From an uncultured delta proteobacterium (GTDB taxonomy: Bacteria > Myxococcota_A > Polyangia > Polyangiales > B10-G4), in NCBI GenBank assembly GCA_963727445.1, contig CAVSGI010000006.1, positions 416,001 through 480,000 on the forward strand: a stretch of 64,000 bases of DNA, in the 5' to 3' direction. The position numbers and the translations under genes are program-made. Position 1 is the first letter of the stretch. Every line of letters starts with the position of its first letter. Of this stretch, positions 26,437-34,781 are shown piece by piece. Under the pieces are notes generated by a model. That model worked only from the letters and a program-made list of their open reading frames with translations. It searched no databases and was not told the DNA's origin.

Positions 26437-29400
26437 CGACGGCGGCGTCGCAGGGCGAGCGCGGCGAACACCACGAGGGCCGCGAACGGTCCGCCGACGG
26501 GAAGGCCACCGCCGGTCGTCTCGCAGCCGCAGCCCCCGCCGGTCACCATGCCGGGCGGGCCCGGATCGGTGCCCCCGTCTCCGCCGCCGCCGTCACCGCC
26601 ATCGGTCCCTCCGTCGGGACGGGGCGGCATCGGGCAGTCGAGAGGCTCGGCCTCGGTGGTCGGTGCGCCGCCGTTCGACAGCGGCGTCTCGTAGTTGCCG
26701 GTGTTGCGGTTGTCGTGCCGGAACTCCGGCCAGGGCTGCGCGGAGTCCGCGGGCGCGTCGGTGTTCCAGGCGAAGAGGTAGCCGTCGCGGGTGGTGATGA
26801 CGATCTCCACGAGGTCGTCGCCGTCGATGTCGGCCGCCGCGACCGAGCCGGTGATCCAGCCGCCGGTGAACTTCGGAAATCCGTCGGCTTCCTCTCCGCA
26901 CGCGTCCCAGGCATGCACCCAGTAGCCCGCCGAGCCGCTGACCAGCTCGGGGTAGGGGTCGGCGTCCACGTTCATCACCGTCGGATTCACGAAGAAGAGG
27001 TAGTCCTCGATCGCGCGGGGGAAGCCGGGGAGTTGGTTGCCGGTCTGCGTCTCCCAGGCGCCGACCTGGTGGGTGAAGGGCTCGTTGGAGTAGCCGCCCG
27101 CGAGGTTGAGGCCGAGGCGAAGCCCGGCGCCCCCCGTCACGAACTCGGGTCGGCCATCCTGATCGAGGTCGCCGAAGGAGCCCGCGGCGAACGTGTTGAG
27201 CAGGGGCTTGTCGAAGGAGTCGATGACGTCGCTCGAGTAGCCGCGGTCGTTCGAATCGAGGATCAGGATCGGCATGCCGTCGAAGCCGCTGTCGCGTGGA
27301 GGCTGGATGCCGTCCCAGATGAAGATGCTGCCGGCCTGACCGGCCGCGGCGACGTCGGGCCTTCCGTCTGCGTTCACGTCGGCCATGGCGATCGGGGAGG
27401 TGATCCCCTCACCGATGAAGGGATAGAAGTTGATGCTCGCGATGGTGATGGGCCAGTTGTCGTGCTCGGGCCCGCCCTCGTGGAGGTTTCCATCGCCGTG
27501 GATCAGGTGCACCGCGCCGCTGTTGTTGTCGTCGCCCACCTCGTTCGAGCCGACCGCGATGTCCACGATGCCGTCACCGTCCGCGTCGCCCACAGCCGCG
27601 GGCGTCACGATGCGGCTGACCTGCGCGTCCGCGGGATCCATCCAGAGCTGCGGAGCGATGATCTCGACGGGGAAGCCCGGCTGCGTCGTTCCGTCGCCCC
27701 GGAACGCGTAGACGTGGCCGTCATAGGCGGGGAGCACGATCTCGAGGAGGTCGTCCCCGTCGAGGTCGACGAGTGTCGCCGCCGCGAGGGTGCCGCGCTC
27801 GATGGGGGAGTCGGGGTTCATCGGGCCCATGCGGAGCGGGTCGCCGCTGGGGATCTCGGGGAGCGCGATGGGGAAGCCGGCCACCGGCGTTCCATCGGTC
27901 CCGTGGAAGGCGTGCAGGTCACCCTCGGTCGACGACAGGACGATCTCCAGCGTTCCGTCGCCGTCGAGGTCGCCGATAGCGGGCGCGTTCAGGATGATCG
28001 AGGGGTGCAGGTCGTCGGTGGGGATGGCGCCGGTCGCGTAGGCGGGCGAGCCCAGCACGTTGTAGGGCTCCGCCGCGTCGAAGCCGCGGAGCGTGCCGAG
28101 GGCGATCGGGAAGCCCGGGACCTCGGTCGCATCGGCGTTGAAGGCGTGGAGCAATCCGTCGGCGTCGGCGTAGATGATCTCCGCCATGCCGTCGTTGTCG
28201 ACGTCGGCCAGCTTCGCCGAGCTCTCGCCGCTCGCGGCCGGGTACTCGTCGACGTCGTTGCGCACGCCGAGGGGGATGGGGAAGCCGGGCAGAAGGTCGG
28301 GGTCGCTGTGGATGTTGAAGACGCGCCGGGACTCGCCGAGGACGTCGCCCAGCGGTGCGGGATAGTGCGCCGTGACGCGAATGCGCACGGTCACCGTGTA
28401 GCGGTTGTGGATGCCCTCGGCGTCGCCGTTGTCGATCTCGACCGCGCTCACGTCCCAGCTGGCGAGCTCTCCGTCGATGGCGGCGGTCTCGTCCGCGCCC
28501 ATGGCGAGTGTCTCCCAGTCGCCTTCCTCGGGCTCGACGCCGCGCGCCCATTCGATCACGTAGTCGAAGCTCGGCGCGCGTCGCGCGTCCAGGTGGCCGC
28601 GGATCGACACCGTGGGCTCGGTGTCCGGATAGACCACGCGGAACCAGTCGGGGTAGACGATGTCGACTTCGGGCGGGATCGCCCCGTCACGCACCGCCTC
28701 GACGGCGTTGAAGGTGTTGACGCGGCCGTAGCCGAAGCGCTGATCCCAGCCGGGCCGGCTCGGGTACCAGCGCCGGTCGAGGACCGCGCCGCCCGGACGG
28801 CTCTCGGGAACGTCGATGTCCATCGCCGTCATCAACAGGAGCTGCCGCGCCTCTTCGGCGGAGAGCGGCGGATCGAGGGGGCCGCCGGGACGGTCGGCCG
28901 CGATGGCCGACGAGTAGAGGATGCCGGCCACGCCGGAGGTGACGCCGGTCGCTTCCGAAGAGCAACCGGTTCCGGGGGCGCTCAGGACGAGCTGGCCGCC
29001 GTAGTTCGTGCAGTTGTTGAAGGCGAGGTAGCTGTCGGCGTTCTGGGGATTGCCGCCGGCGTAGGTGATCGCGTGGACGTAGAGGGTGTGGTTGGAGGTG
29101 CCGGGGTAGTTGTGGTGATAGCTGTTCTCGTCCGCGGCGCTGGCGACCACCAACACGTCGTTTTCGTAGGCGTAGTCGAGCGCGCGGCGCATGAAGGTGG
29201 TGTTGTTGAGGCTGCCCAGCGCCTCCTGGATGACGCGCGCGCCCGAGTCCACCGCGAACACCACGCTCTGACCGAAGTCCTGGGCGTCGACGATGAAGCT
29301 GTCGCCGGTGCGCACCATCAGGAGGCGGCAGTTGGGGCACTGGCCGATGTCGCCGCCGTCGTTCCCCGATGCCGTGCTGTCCTTACCCTCGCCGGTCCCG

Positions 29401-30158
29401 TGACCGTAGCGGTTGTCGTCCTGTGGGTCGTTGTCGTCAGCGTAGGTGTCCCAGCCGGAGATGTCGTCGACGTAGCCGTTGCCGTCGTCGTCGACCCCAT
29501 CGCTGCACAGGGTGATCAGGTCGCCCGGATCCGCGATGCCGTTCATGTTGCCGGCGCCGTCGAGGGCGGCGCTGAGCGCATCGCGGCTGGCCGCGTCCCT
29601 GCCGACGAACCAGTCGTTCATCGAGAGGTACCCGTCGCCGTCGAGATCGATGCGGTCGCCCATGTGCCCCGGCTGCGGGTCGGGGAGGCAGTTCGGGTCG
29701 AGGCCGCGCGCCTCGAGCTCGGCCTGGTTGATGTAGAACTGGTTGGTCAGGTCGCGCTCGTCCCACTTGATGCCGCTGTCGAGGACGGCGATGACCACCG
29801 AGCGCTCGCCGGTCGTGTACTGCCAGGCCATGTCGCTCCAGGTGCCGCTCCCCATCGCGACCTCGTCGTCACGGAAGCTGTCGCGCGCCGTGGCGGCCGG
29901 CGGGGCCCAGGACCAGTAGTTCCATGCGCCGCCGCTGGCGCGGCTCCAACAGACGCTGCCGCCGGTGCAGGTCTCTCCGTCGCCCTCGATGTCGTAGCCA
30001 TAGGCGTGATCGTCGGGCCAGTTGGCGGGGTCCTGCATGTCCGCTGGCGTCGAGCCCGTGGGCGGCGGCCAGGCCGGGTTCTGGGCGTCGACCTCGGGGG
30101 CGAGCCAGGCTGTGAAAGACGCCACAAGGCCGAAGAAGAGCAGGTGTCGCGGGCGCAT
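26433..30158 (-). CDS. S8 (subtilisin-like) serine peptidase with FG-GAP/VCBS repeats and MYXO-CTERM-type anchor
   Basis: Signal peptide; VIAVLDSG (Asp), YGHGT (His), TGCSSEAT (Ser region); many DxDGDG repeats; C-terminal GGCGC...TM...RRRRR. Confidence 0.85.
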   Translation of the reverse strand: MRPRHLLFFGLVASFTAWLAPEVDAQNPAWPPPTGSTPADMQDPANWPDDHAYGYDIEGDGETCTGGSVCWSRASGGAWNYWSWAPPAATARDSFRDDEVAMGSGTWSDMAWQYTTGERSVVIAVLDSGIKWDERDLTNQFYINQAELEARGLDPNCLPDPQPGHMGDRIDLDGDGYLSMNDWFVGRDAASRDALSAALDGAGNMNGIADPGDLITLCSDGVDDDGNGYVDDISGWDTYADDNDPQDDNRYGHGTGEGKDSTASGNDGGDIGQCPNCRLLMVRTGDSFIVDAQDFGQSVVFAVDSGARVIQEALGSLNNTTFMRRALDYAYENDVLVVASAADENSYHHNYPGTSNHTLYVHAITYAGGNPQNADSYLAFNNCTNYGGQLVLSAPGTGCSSEATGVTSGVAGILYSSAIAADRPGGPLDPPLSAEEARQLLLMTAMDIDVPESRPGGAVLDRRWYPSRPGWDQRFGYGRVNTFNAVEAVRDGAIPPEVDIVYPDWFRVVYPDTEPTVSIRGHLDARRAPSFDYVIEWARGVEPEEGDWETLAMGADETAAIDGELASWDVSAVEIDNGDAEGIHNRYTVTVRIRVTAHYPAPLGDVLGESRRVFNIHSDPDLLPGFPIPLGVRNDVDEYPAASGESSAKLADVDNDGMAEIIYADADGLLHAFNADATEVPGFPIALGTLRGFDAAEPYNVLGSPAYATGAIPTDDLHPSIILNAPAIGDLDGDGTLEIVLSSTEGDLHAFHGTDGTPVAGFPIALPEIPSGDPLRMGPMNPDSPIERGTLAAATLVDLDGDDLLEIVLPAYDGHVYAFRGDGTTQPGFPVEIIAPQLWMDPADAQVSRIVTPAAVGDADGDGIVDIAVGSNEVGDDNNSGAVHLIHGDGNLHEGGPEHDNWPITIASINFYPFIGEGITSPIAMADVNADGRPDVAAAGQAGSIFIWDGIQPPRDSGFDGMPILILDSNDRGYSSDVIDSFDKPLLNTFAAGSFGDLDQDGRPEFVTGGAGLRLGLNLAGGYSNEPFTHQVGAWETQTGNQLPGFPRAIEDYLFFVNPTVMNVDADPYPELVSGSAGYWVHAWDACGEEADGFPKFTGGWITGSVAAADIDGDDLVEIVITTRDGYLFAWNTDAPADSAQPWPEFRHDNRNTGNYETPLSNGGAPTTEAEPLDCPMPPRPDGGTDGGDGGGGDGGTDPGPPGMVTGGGCGCETTGGGLPVGGPFAALVVFAALALRRRRR

Positions 30159-30231
30159 CGATTCCTTCCTGTCGGAGGCGGGCAGGCTCTCACGGCGCGG
30201 GCGGGCTGACCATAGGACCCACGGCGCTTTT

Positions 30232-31176
30232 TCAGCGCCGCGTGATGACCAGAAGGCCGGTATCCACCGCTTCGCGGATGACCGCGGGGAGGCTCTCGAG
30301 GGTGAGCTCCTCATCGTGACCGGACAAACAAATCCCGGCGTCGTAGACGTGCAACGAGCGCTGGTCCACCACCGTGATGAAGCGCTCCCCGAGGAAGCGG
30401 AAGGTGACCTCGAGCAGCGCGCCGGATTGACGACGCGTCGCGAGCAGCGTCGCGCCCACCGCGGAGAGCGCCGCCTCGGCCAGCGCCTCGGGCGCGCCCT
30501 CGCGGACGCGCGTGCGCCATGCCGCCCGCCGCCGCTCCGCCTCGGCCATGGCCTTTTCGCGCTGACGCTCACGGGCCCGTGCCTGCCGTTCCTCGGCCAA
30601 ACGTCGCAGCACCTCCTCGGCGACGGCGCCGCCGCGGCGCGCGACGTCGATGGCCGAGGTGCGCACCTCGGAGAAGGACACGGGGATCCCGAGGCGGCGG
30701 GACACGCGATTCAGAAGCGCGAAGCCGTACGCGAAGCGCAGGGAAGGGCCCACGCCTTTGAGCGCGTCGAGGCCGCGCTCCTCCTCGAGCGCGAGGCGTG
30801 CCTCCATCTCCGCGTCCCCGTCGAAGTCGAAGCCTCCGAAGAGCACCTCACCGTCGTGCCACCTGCGGCCAATCACGATCGACAGCGGCTCCGGCTCGTC
30901 CTCGGGCACGAGATGCAAGCGCACGCTCTCGTCGCCGGCGAGGAAGAGCCAGCCGTCCATGTAGTGTCCGCGCACCTTGGGGCGCTCCTCGAGCGACTCG
31001 GGCGCGTCCACCGCTTCGAGGGCGCGAGCCTTCCGCCCCTCGACCTCGAAGCGGTGCCAGCCGGCGGTCGCCTCTCCCTCGAGTCTGAGCCGCCGGCCTT
31101 CCGCCGACACGATGGTGCCGCCGAGATACGGCAGCACCATCGACTGCTTCTTGCCGAGGAGCTTCTCGTAGTCCAC
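30232..31176 (-). CDS. Hypothetical protein with candidate E2/UBC-like C-terminal domain
   Basis: C-terminal part of ORF 30232..32994 from GTG 31176. Its single Cys lies in HVYDAGICLSGHDEELTLESLPAVIRE, resembling the E2 G-x-IC-L...LTL active site. Confidence 0.6.
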   Translation of the reverse strand: MDYEKLLGKKQSMVLPYLGGTIVSAEGRRLRLEGEATAGWHRFEVEGRKARALEAVDAPESLEERPKVRGHYMDGWLFLAGDESVRLHLVPEDEPEPLSIVIGRRWHDGEVLFGGFDFDGDAEMEARLALEEERGLDALKGVGPSLRFAYGFALLNRVSRRLGIPVSFSEVRTSAIDVARRGGAVAEEVLRRLAEERQARARERQREKAMAEAERRRAAWRTRVREGAPEALAEAALSAVGATLLATRRQSGALLEVTFRFLGERFITVVDQRSLHVYDAGICLSGHDEELTLESLPAVIREAVDTGLLVITRR

Positions 31177-31244
31177 TAGTGCCTGGTCCAATGACGTAGA
31201 AGGGTTCTCGCTCGTTCGTCGGCCGCCTCGCGGCGTCGGGAAAC

Positions 31245-32994
31245 CTAGCTCTCGACCCCGACGAGCTTGGTCTTCATGACCTTTTCGACGAGGCCGAAGG
31301 CCGGGGCGCCCGTGAGGGTCGGGGCTTCGAGGAGCGCCGACAGGACGCGCGGGACCTGGTACGGGTCGTCGAAGTGCTCGATGCCGATGGTGCTGAAGGG
31401 CACGGCGAGCTCGCGCGCGAGCTGCTGCACCGTCTCGCCGCGGCTCCAGGCGACGTTGAGGATCAGCGCCAGCGCCGCGGGGTGATAGCCGCAGTCGTTG
31501 AAGACCGACGCCAGGGTGCGCCCGTGCTCGCCGGCCTCGTCGCCGACGACAATCACGATCAGCGGCTCGGCCCGCGGCAGGCGCACGCCTGACGAGTAGA
31601 GCGCGCGCACCGCGGCGCCGTGCACCGTGCCGCCTTCGGCCTTGATGCTGCCGAGCATGTGCTGAACCGCAGCGCGGTTCGGTGCCTTGGGCCGGTGCAC
31701 CCAGCCCATGGTGTCGAAGCTGGCGATGTGGAGTCGGTCCATCGGGAAGCCCGCGAGGATGCGGGACAACGCCTCGACCGACTTGTCGATGGCGCCCTGC
31801 ATCGAGCCCGAGCGATCGATGAGGAACATCACCTGGACCTTGGCGTCGGCGGTGGCCTCCTCGACGGCCTTCTCGACCGCGTGCTCCGCGGCCGACTCCA
31901 GCTTCTCGCGCACGGCGTCGCTCTGAACGTTCTTCGCGATGTTGAGCGCGCGCTGGTCGGTGGCGCTCTCCACGGCCTTTTCCCAGGCCGCATAGACCTC
32001 CGGCTCGGCCATCAGGCCGAGCTCCTCGAGGGTCGGCGTGAGCTGACGAAGGTCGCGATCCGAGAGGGACGGAAGGAGCGTGACCATGATGGCCGGCGTG
32101 AGCCCCACGTCCTTCGGAAGACGACCCACCGCCTGCTTGTAGCTGAGCCCCTGGGTGACGATGGCCTCGCAGAATCTCGGCCTCCGACAGGCCGTCGAAG
32201 CGCTCGCTCTTCTCGAGCTCGAGGCCGTCGAGGCCCAGCTCGCGGTGGCCGCCCGCCGCCTGCTTCTGCTTCCAGCCGAGGATCGCGAAGAAGCGCTCGG
32301 CCTGAGGCTTGTAGCCGACCTTGCGAGCGATCTTCTTGATCGTCTCCTTGTAGCCCGCGCGCACCAGGCCGGCGAGCATCGGCTCGTTCTTCTCGCGCAT
32401 CTCGAGCCAACGCGTCGCCGCCTTCGGCCAGCGCCCGAGGGGCGGCTTGGTGCCGCCCGGATCGGCGAATCCCGCCGCGCGGTTGAGCGTGGCGATGCTC
32501 TCGGCCTCGAGGAGCTCTGCCACGCGCAGCACCGCCTTCGGGGTGAGCATGCGCGTCGACTTCTTCTCGTAGTGAAGGAGCATCGACTCGCCCACCAGGC
32601 GGTAGTCGTCGTCGTGGAACGCGACGGATCCGTCGTCGTCCACGATCGGCTGGCCCGCGTGGGGCTGTACGAGCATCAGCGCGGCGCAAGCGACCTTGAG
32701 GTCGCGCCAATCGGTCTCGCTGAGCGCGTAGCTCGCGAAGCGCGCGGCGAGCTCGTGGTTGAGCTCGTAGAGCTCGATGAGCTTGCCGTAGAGGCGCTCG
32801 GCAGCCGGGACGTGGAGACCCGGATCGACCGGCCTGCCGCGGACGCGGTTTCCCTTGCGCGGATGCCAGACGCCGCCGACGTCCACACCCGGACGGTTGT
32901 GCCAGAGGTGCGCCGAGGAGTTCAGGACCAGATCGAGCAGCCGCTCGGCCGGACCCATCTGCTCACGCGGGAGGGGCGTGGTGTTCTCCGTCAT
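31245..32994 (-). CDS. Ro60/TROVE(ROT)-like helical protein with C-terminal vWA domain (frameshift near 32172)
   Basis: About 580 aa after joining frames; vWA MIDAS FLIDRSGSMQG, GGT, IVVGDE. The Ro-like call is inferred from size, architecture and the adjacent Y-RNA-like genes. Confidence 0.7.
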
Positions 32995-33016
32995 GTCGAT
33001 CTCCGGATGCTAATGG

Positions 33017-33051
33017 AAAAGAAGAAGGCCGGCGCCTTGGAGGCGCCGGCC
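33017..33051 (-). terminator. Intrinsic terminator/attenuator-like hairpin between the ncRNAs and the vWA gene
   Basis: Minus strand GGCCGGCGCC-TCCAA-GGCGCCGGCC followed by TTCTTCTTTT. Confidence 0.65.
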
Positions 33052-33098
33052 GTTTGCGGGCAGGGCCTTTTCTACGAAGTCCCTGACTGGAATTGAGA

Positions 33099-33247
33099 GT
33101 GCGGCCGAGTGGCGAAGCCACGAGGGTTATTAACCCCGGATCTAGAGTCCGGTGCTCTACCACTGAGCTACAAATCACTTGCGGTGATTGGACTGGATTC
33201 GAACCAGCGACAACGTTTGCGTGTAGGGCTACGCCTGCTGGCCGCAC
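33099..33247 (-). ncRNA. YrlA-like Y RNA: circularly permuted tRNA mimic
   Basis: Terminal stem GUGCGGCC/GGCCGCAC; T arm GCUGG-UUCGAAU-CCAGU precedes a loop-closed acceptor stem, then D arm GCUC-AGUGGUA-GAGC and hairpin CCGGA-CUCUAGA-UCCGG. Confidence 0.85.
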
Positions 33248-33328
33248 AAGACTTTGCTGGCGAGTTTGGAGCGTCACGAAGGGACGCGGACTCGCGAGTC
33301 GGGGACGAGGTCCCCGACTGAAATTGGA

Positions 33329-33428
33329 AACACGTCCGAGTGAGGAAGCCGCAATGCCGACTGATTAGGTCGGTGCCCCATCCGGGGCACCTTGCTTTGC
33401 GTGTAGGGCCTCGTCGATTGGTCGTGTC
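33329..33428 (-). ncRNA. Second Y-RNA-like ncRNA
   Basis: Terminal stem ACACG..CC/GG..CGUGU; shares GCCCUACACGCAAA and 3' GGCUUC..CACUCGG with the first RNA; two internal hairpins. Confidence 0.65.
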
Positions 33429-33502
33429 GAAAACGGTCTCGATGGCTATTGCTCGTCGCCTCGCGTCTGCGTGGCGGAGCGTACGCTCCCTCGAGTCACC
33501 GC

Positions 33503-33530
33503 ATGATGTGTCGCGCCTCTCATGCGTCAA
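33503..33530 (-). promoter_or_regulatory. Possible sigma70-type promoter for the ncRNA/vWA operon
   Basis: Minus strand TTGACG-N16-CATCAT about 75 bp upstream of the second RNA; weak match. Confidence 0.3.
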
Positions 33531-33962
33531 CCCTGGCGCTTCGAAAAAAGAATCGACCACCGCGTCCACGAGCTGCTCGAGCTTGCCGCGTCTGTCTTTC
33601 TTCGCCGGCCGGTAGTCGGCGATCGCGCCGAGCTGCACCGGCAAGAGAAACGCGCCGCCGCACCTGCCGCAGCGATAGATGTCCGGACCGCCCTCGTCGA
33701 GGTAGGGCGTGAGCACCAGATCGGCGCGACACTCGGGGCAGCCCTTCGTCGGCGACACGGCGACGCCCGGCTTGAAGCGCCCCGCCGTCTCGAGGCTGCG
33801 CGCCACCGCGCCGGGCTCCCCGTCGAAGTAGTCGAGGAAGACCGAGCCGCAGCCGTCGCAGACGTCGACCTCGACCTGCTCCCCCTGATGCGCGACGTGG
33901 TGCGCGGTCATGGGGCCTCCGCAGCTCGGGCAGGCCCTCACCTCACGTCGGTAGCCGGTCAC
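33520..33962 (-). CDS. Double Zn-ribbon (zf-TFIIB-like) protein; 3' end uncertain
   Basis: CPSC..CDGC and CPEC..CGRC pairs. The ORF formally runs to 33168 but loses coding character after about 33540. Confidence 0.7.
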
Positions 33963-33977
33963 GCCCCTTCTCGAGAG

Positions 33978-34649
33978 TCAGCGGCAACCGTGGCGACGCA
34001 CCTGCGCCGCCTGACGCTCCACGAAGCGGAAGGCGCGCGAGACGTAGCGCTCGTCCTTGCCGATCTCCGACACCCGATAGACCGCCTCGAGACGGAGGCC
34101 GTCGTCGGTCTCTTCGAAGATGTAGTGGCTGGTGGGCACCTCTTCGGTGCCGCCCATGGAGCAGTCGGTGCGGGGCGGGCCCGACAGAGTCGCCTGGCAG
34201 GCCATGTCGTTGAGCTCCCGGCCGCGCGTGAGGTCCTGGCCGAGCTGCGTGGTCAGGGTTTCGTACTGGGCCTCGAGCGCGTGATGGCAGTAGTGCAGGG
34301 CGTTCTGGACGAGGCTCCCCTCGTCGTCGTCGTGGTTGTGGACGACCAGAAGGCCTTTTTCGTCCCGATCGACGAGCTCGGCGAAAGGCGTCTCGCCGTC
34401 CGCGACCGACTGAAGCAGCTGCAGGTTCGCGTGAGCGTGATCCACGGGCTCGCTCTCGGCAGATGTCTCCCCATTCTGGCCGTCGGCCTCGCCTTCTTGG
34501 CTCGGCTGGGTGGTGGTGGTGTCGCTCCGTGCGACGTCACCACCCGCTGTGCCCTCGCCCGCAGTGGTGTCTTCGGTGGTCGACGGCTCACCACCGCCGC
34601 AGGCGATGAGGAAAGGGATCAGGGACGTGGCAAACAGCGTACAGCGCAT
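33978..34649 (-). CDS. Hypothetical lipoprotein
   Basis: LIAC lipobox, low-complexity linker, small globular domain. Confidence 0.6.
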   Translation of the reverse strand: MRCTLFATSLIPFLIACGGGEPSTTEDTTAGEGTAGGDVARSDTTTTQPSQEGEADGQNGETSAESEPVDHAHANLQLLQSVADGETPFAELVDRDEKGLLVVHNHDDDEGSLVQNALHYCHHALEAQYETLTTQLGQDLTRGRELNDMACQATLSGPPRTDCSMGGTEEVPTSHYIFEETDDGLRLEAVYRVSEIGKDERYVSRAFRFVERQAAQVRRHGCR

Positions 34650-34729
34650 CGGGGTGGTTCTCCTCTGGGGATGGTGAGCCGGCGAGGGTAAGGGAAATTA
34701 CTTCTCGGTCAAACCGCGGGGAAGGCACG

Positions 34730-34761
34730 AAAAAGCCCGCCCGGCGTGCGCCGAGCGGGCT
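34730..34761 (-). terminator. Intrinsic terminator
   Basis: Hairpin AGCCCGC(T/C)CGGC...GCCG(G/A)GCGGGCT followed by a T-run on the minus strand, just after the stop at 34782. Confidence 0.7.
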
Positions 34762-34781
34762 CTCTCAGGGCAGGCTTCGCC

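Noticed and set aside
26370..30209. Long antisense ORFs (also 40643..43918, 4049..5929, 17102..19093 and similar)
   Set aside because: Shadow frames of real high-GC3 genes; no recognisable motifs.
30232..32994. 920-aa single protein
   Set aside because: Artefact of a frameshift near 32172; the middle third is off-frame while the vWA domain is encoded in ORF 31245..32129.
33131..33178. Canonical amber-suppressor or pyrrolysine tRNA gene
   Set aside because: The T arm and 3' acceptor strand lie upstream of the D arm, the acceptor is closed by a loop, there is no CCA end, and no pyl genes are in the window.
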